Shown here: positions 60,573 to 64,000 of the stretch, in pieces
Numbering within the stretch: the first letter of the stretch is position 1
How the letters are laid out: each line of letters starts with the position of its first letter
Source: Phoronis australis
Lineage: Eukaryota > Animalia > Phoronida
DNA length: 64,000 bases
Assembly: GCA_002633005.1 (NCBI GenBank)
Contig: NMRA01000136.1
Span: 130,859 to 194,858, forward strand
Direction: 5' to 3'
Position numbers and translations under genes: made by a program
Notes under the pieces: model-generated
Databases searched by the model: none
What the model saw: only the letters and a program-made list of their open reading frames with translations
What the model was told of the DNA's origin: nothing

Positions 60573-61407
60573 GTTTGTATAGTTGTTCAAATTTTCTGTT
60601 TTGCAGTTAATGCATTGTGTTTTTAACTTATAACTTGAAAAAATGATTAGCTTAAACTTGGAAAGGGATGTGGCAAATTCTCTTGGTCTATAATGTACTG
60701 ATTGGAATTATTGTTTACTTGTGAAATCTGGTTTGAGTTGTTGATATTGGTTGTTTCGTGTTTTGAATCATTTGTAACATTTTGATGGTATTGTTCAGTG
60801 TTTAAAATTTGTTCTTTTCAATTATTTAATTAGTATAAGTGCAATAATCTTAGTACACCTTCTGTCAAGAAAAACTTTTGATTTAGGCCACGTACCGGTA
60901 TAAAATTAAAATCAGTCTCATCTTATTCCTTACTGTGATTTTAAAAGAAGTGACAGTTTGTTGCTGCTACATACCTGGCATTTGCCTGTCACAGCTGCCA
61001 AAGCAATATGGAAGTCGGCAATTTCAGGCACTTTTAAATGCAACTTACTTAAAATGAATGCTTAGATTATGTTGACCTTGCTTTGTAAGAGCAAATGCGA
61101 CTGTGATGAAAGTTGTTTTGATGCCAGAATGTGGTTTATAGTGGCTTTAATAAAATCACTTGACAAGTGTGAACAATGTCTTCAAAAAGTTTAAAAATAA
61201 GTCTTCTATCGCTTTTAGTTATACTCAATGCATGAGGTTATATTCAAAGACAAAATTGCAGTGATATGTCTTATGCCATTTTTTCACTAAAAAGGTATAA
61301 AGAAATAAATTAAAAATGTGTATTGCATTAACCCTAATGTTTTTTATGAACTCATCCATGATTTGTGACATTGTGCAGAGATGATCTCATGTTAAACTCT
61401 TTGGCAG

Positions 61408-61581
61408 GTACTTTGAGTGAAAAACCTGTAACAAAGAAAAGTGAAGAACGTTCGGTGGACGAGATCATAGCATCACTGCGGACAATGTCAGAAGGAGGCA
61501 CGCAGTCTGAGGCAGACAAGAAATTGCAAGAGATAATGGAGCGCGTGATGACTAGAACGTCCACAGTCTTGGGTGAAATAG
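61408..61581 (+). CDS. TTC6-like exon 9
   Basis: TLSEKPVTKKSEERSVDEIIASLRTMSEGGTQSEADKKLQEIMERVM; resembles recalled TTC6 SIEEIIASLQSEAQLASDQTIKELIRSVL. An alternative acceptor at 61381 is possible. No TPRs fall inside the window, so the family call is tentative. Confidence 0.78.
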
Positions 61582-63132
61582 GTCAGTCTGTTCTGCGTTA
61601 TAGTACTTTTTCCTTCTGTCATATTGTGTTTCTTCTGTAATGCTAATGCATTCTGTGAATTCTTTTCATCCTTAATTTTGGGTAGGAATTAAGCAAGGAA
61701 ACCACAGGAGTCCTGGACACTGCTGGTTTAATTCACTCCTGAACCAGAACTGCCACAACCCACATGAAATACAATGGTAATTTACCTAACAGTAACTACT
61801 CTGTAGAGTCATGCCAAGCTTTTCATAGGCTAAGGAGCAACCTTCTGGCTGGCACTGTTACTTGACCAGAACATATGGTGCATGGCAACAAATGGAAGTG
61901 TCTGTCCGTGTTCTTAAAGCAGACAGGCAGACTTGAAAACTCCCTTCACGAATAACTATAACGGCCTGCGGACGTATGATGAATCGCAAATGACATCAGA
62001 CCACCTGCACTGTTTTTTGTTGTTTTTTTCTTAACAATAACTATTGTTCAAAGAACATGTGACCCCTATGTTTATATATGAAAGGTGAGAGTTACAACTA
62101 GCGGCCGGGGAGTCAACCACCGCCACACAAATAAAAGTTTCAGTTTTAGTTAGATTTTTCCAGGTTCTGTTTCAGGCAGTGTACTAGTCTCCTTTGCCGT
62201 TAAGTTAAGACTTGGTATTGGTCAGATGGATGCAAGGGAGTGAATGCATTGTTTCCAGCTATGTTTCACTTTAGTAAAAAGTAACACTTAAACATACTAC
62301 ATTGTTGAAATCCTACATTTTTAGGTATCCCTTATTTTATAGTCTGTGTGTTGGTTTTGATATGATGTATGTTACTGTAATGTGCTATTGTGTGAAATTT
62401 TATGTGAAACTGTTTATTTGTTCACCTTTTGTTCACATGTTGTACATACAGCAATTCTTCTATTAATTCATAATATTTCCCGTGGTTTGCATTCTTTAAT
62501 TTCTTATCATATGTGTATTTTTTCTCCAATCATTTCTTTTGCTTTCAAGTACTCTTGTCCCCCCAAATGGTTCACACTTGATGTGACTTGGCAAGCTATG
62601 TACAATATGAACCAATCCCAAGGGTGTTATCAGGTTTTGTGGACCATTAGGAAGGGCATTTTTATTACTTTTCCCAGGTCCGTATGACCTGATATGCCCA
62701 TGCGATTGGCCTATATTTATTGTATAACACGACCACTGTTGCTTTTTTTCCTCTGTATTTTTTCTCTCATTTGATTACCATATTTTTACCTGCTTTGATA
62801 TCCTGGCATCGTCTGCTCACTTTGTTGTCAGAGATTTATGGTTTCAGTCACCTGATTGGTCAGATTGTGAATTGCGACATCTGACGTTCAGGTGACATCT
62901 GATATTCCACGACCTAGCTATTCAGCATTACCTCATAAGGGAAGTGATCGTACTGTGTTTAAGCCAGTAAGAGGCCAGAAGTATCCGTGGTCCTGTAATA
63001 ATAATCTGTGCACCTATTTATTTGAATTATGGAAGAGTTGCTGGCAGACAGTAGCACATTGAGTAGATTGTGTTTGTGTTTGTAAGCTGACTTTCCTGTA
63101 CCCTGTGCTGTCATACTGAGTTGTTTTATCAG

Positions 63133-63174
63133 GCACGGCAAGTGGCCAAACAGAAGGGACGCCAGATACTATTG
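63133..63174 (+). CDS. Possible TTC6-like exon 10
   Basis: GTASGQTEGTPDTI between TTTTATCAG and GTAAAT; symmetric phase 1/1; short, so weakly supported. Confidence 0.45.
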
Positions 63175-64000
63175 GTAAATAGAGCACAATCTCCACCAAT
63201 CACATTGCACAGCTAATTTCTGCTGCACTTTTCTCAGAAAATTGAGTAGTATGTAGTGTTTTAGCACCTAGTGCACTTTATTAACTGGTGAAGTTTTCAT
63301 TTTGCATGCCAACACATTCCTACATTTCTGTCTATGGTGTCATGATAGTAAATGGTCTTGCATTTGGTGGAAGCTTGCGACTGGTTTTTGGGCATTTTAT
63401 TATTTCAATTCTTTATCTGTATCACTCTTTGTCATGTAGTTGCTCCTAAAATGCTTGCAGATTAGAGATTGTTGATGCCAATTGTAACATCAAATTAAAC
63501 TACTTGGAATAAGCCCTCTGTGTCAGGTTGTAATAGTCCCAGATAGGGACTCCACTAAGTACCCTAAATCTTTGCTTTTTGTGTCATTTCAGTTTTACTC
63601 GCAGATGTGGTGATCTTTTTCTATCATTTTGCCTTAATGAGCTCCTTTTTGACTGATGACACATTCTAATATTATAACTGAAAACTGAGCCCTAAGTTCA
63701 TAGAAATTAAACAAGGACTTAGTCCTTAAATTAGGGGCCTTGCATGAAATGATCTCTACTTATTTTCCGTAACATTGAGAAGCCAACGTAGTGTTCACTC
63801 TCCATTTTGTACCAAAAACAGAAACCGACTTAGCAATGAAACTAAAACAGCATAAGAAAAGACAATCATTTTTTTCACAAATACGCAATAGATTGAGAAC
63901 TTTGTTGAGTCCGTGTTTGAGACTATTTCATGCAACCTATCCATGAACACAAGGCATAAAAGTGCTAGAAATTGTTGAAGACTAAATGGTTTGTTGAATA

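Overview
This is AT-rich, intron-rich animal genomic DNA, probably a marine invertebrate (impression only). Most ORF-track entries are spurious, so I rebuilt genes by hand from splice sites and codon phase. (1) RPL9/uL6 (+, 459-5012) is complete at 188 aa in 5 coding exons, and three consecutive introns each host a U31/SNORD31-like C/D snoRNA. (2) MRPL28/bL28m (-, 45489 to ~9301 or 7027) encodes ~254-256 aa. It starts with a 5-nt coding first exon and is split by a 29.7-kb intron. (3) Nested antisense in that intron is an uncharacterised gene of at least 1272 aa, with a 3.7-kb last exon rich in signalling-type short motifs and possibly several alternative first exons. (4) A TTC6-like gene (+, from ~45.7 kb, running off the window) is head-to-head with MRPL28 across a ~230-bp promoter. 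(5) Three in-phase exons of an SSUH2-like zinc-finger gene lie antisense inside a TTC6-like intron, bracketed by the window's two N bases. Mobile DNA includes a long-TIR foldback element with a 9-bp TSD, a CCGTA/TA Tc1-mariner-type element, a Harbinger MITE, a Penelope GIY-YIG remnant, tRNA-derived SINEs and minisatellites. I saw no CRISPR array, rRNA or intact tRNA. Family assignments come from recalled sequences, not database searches.
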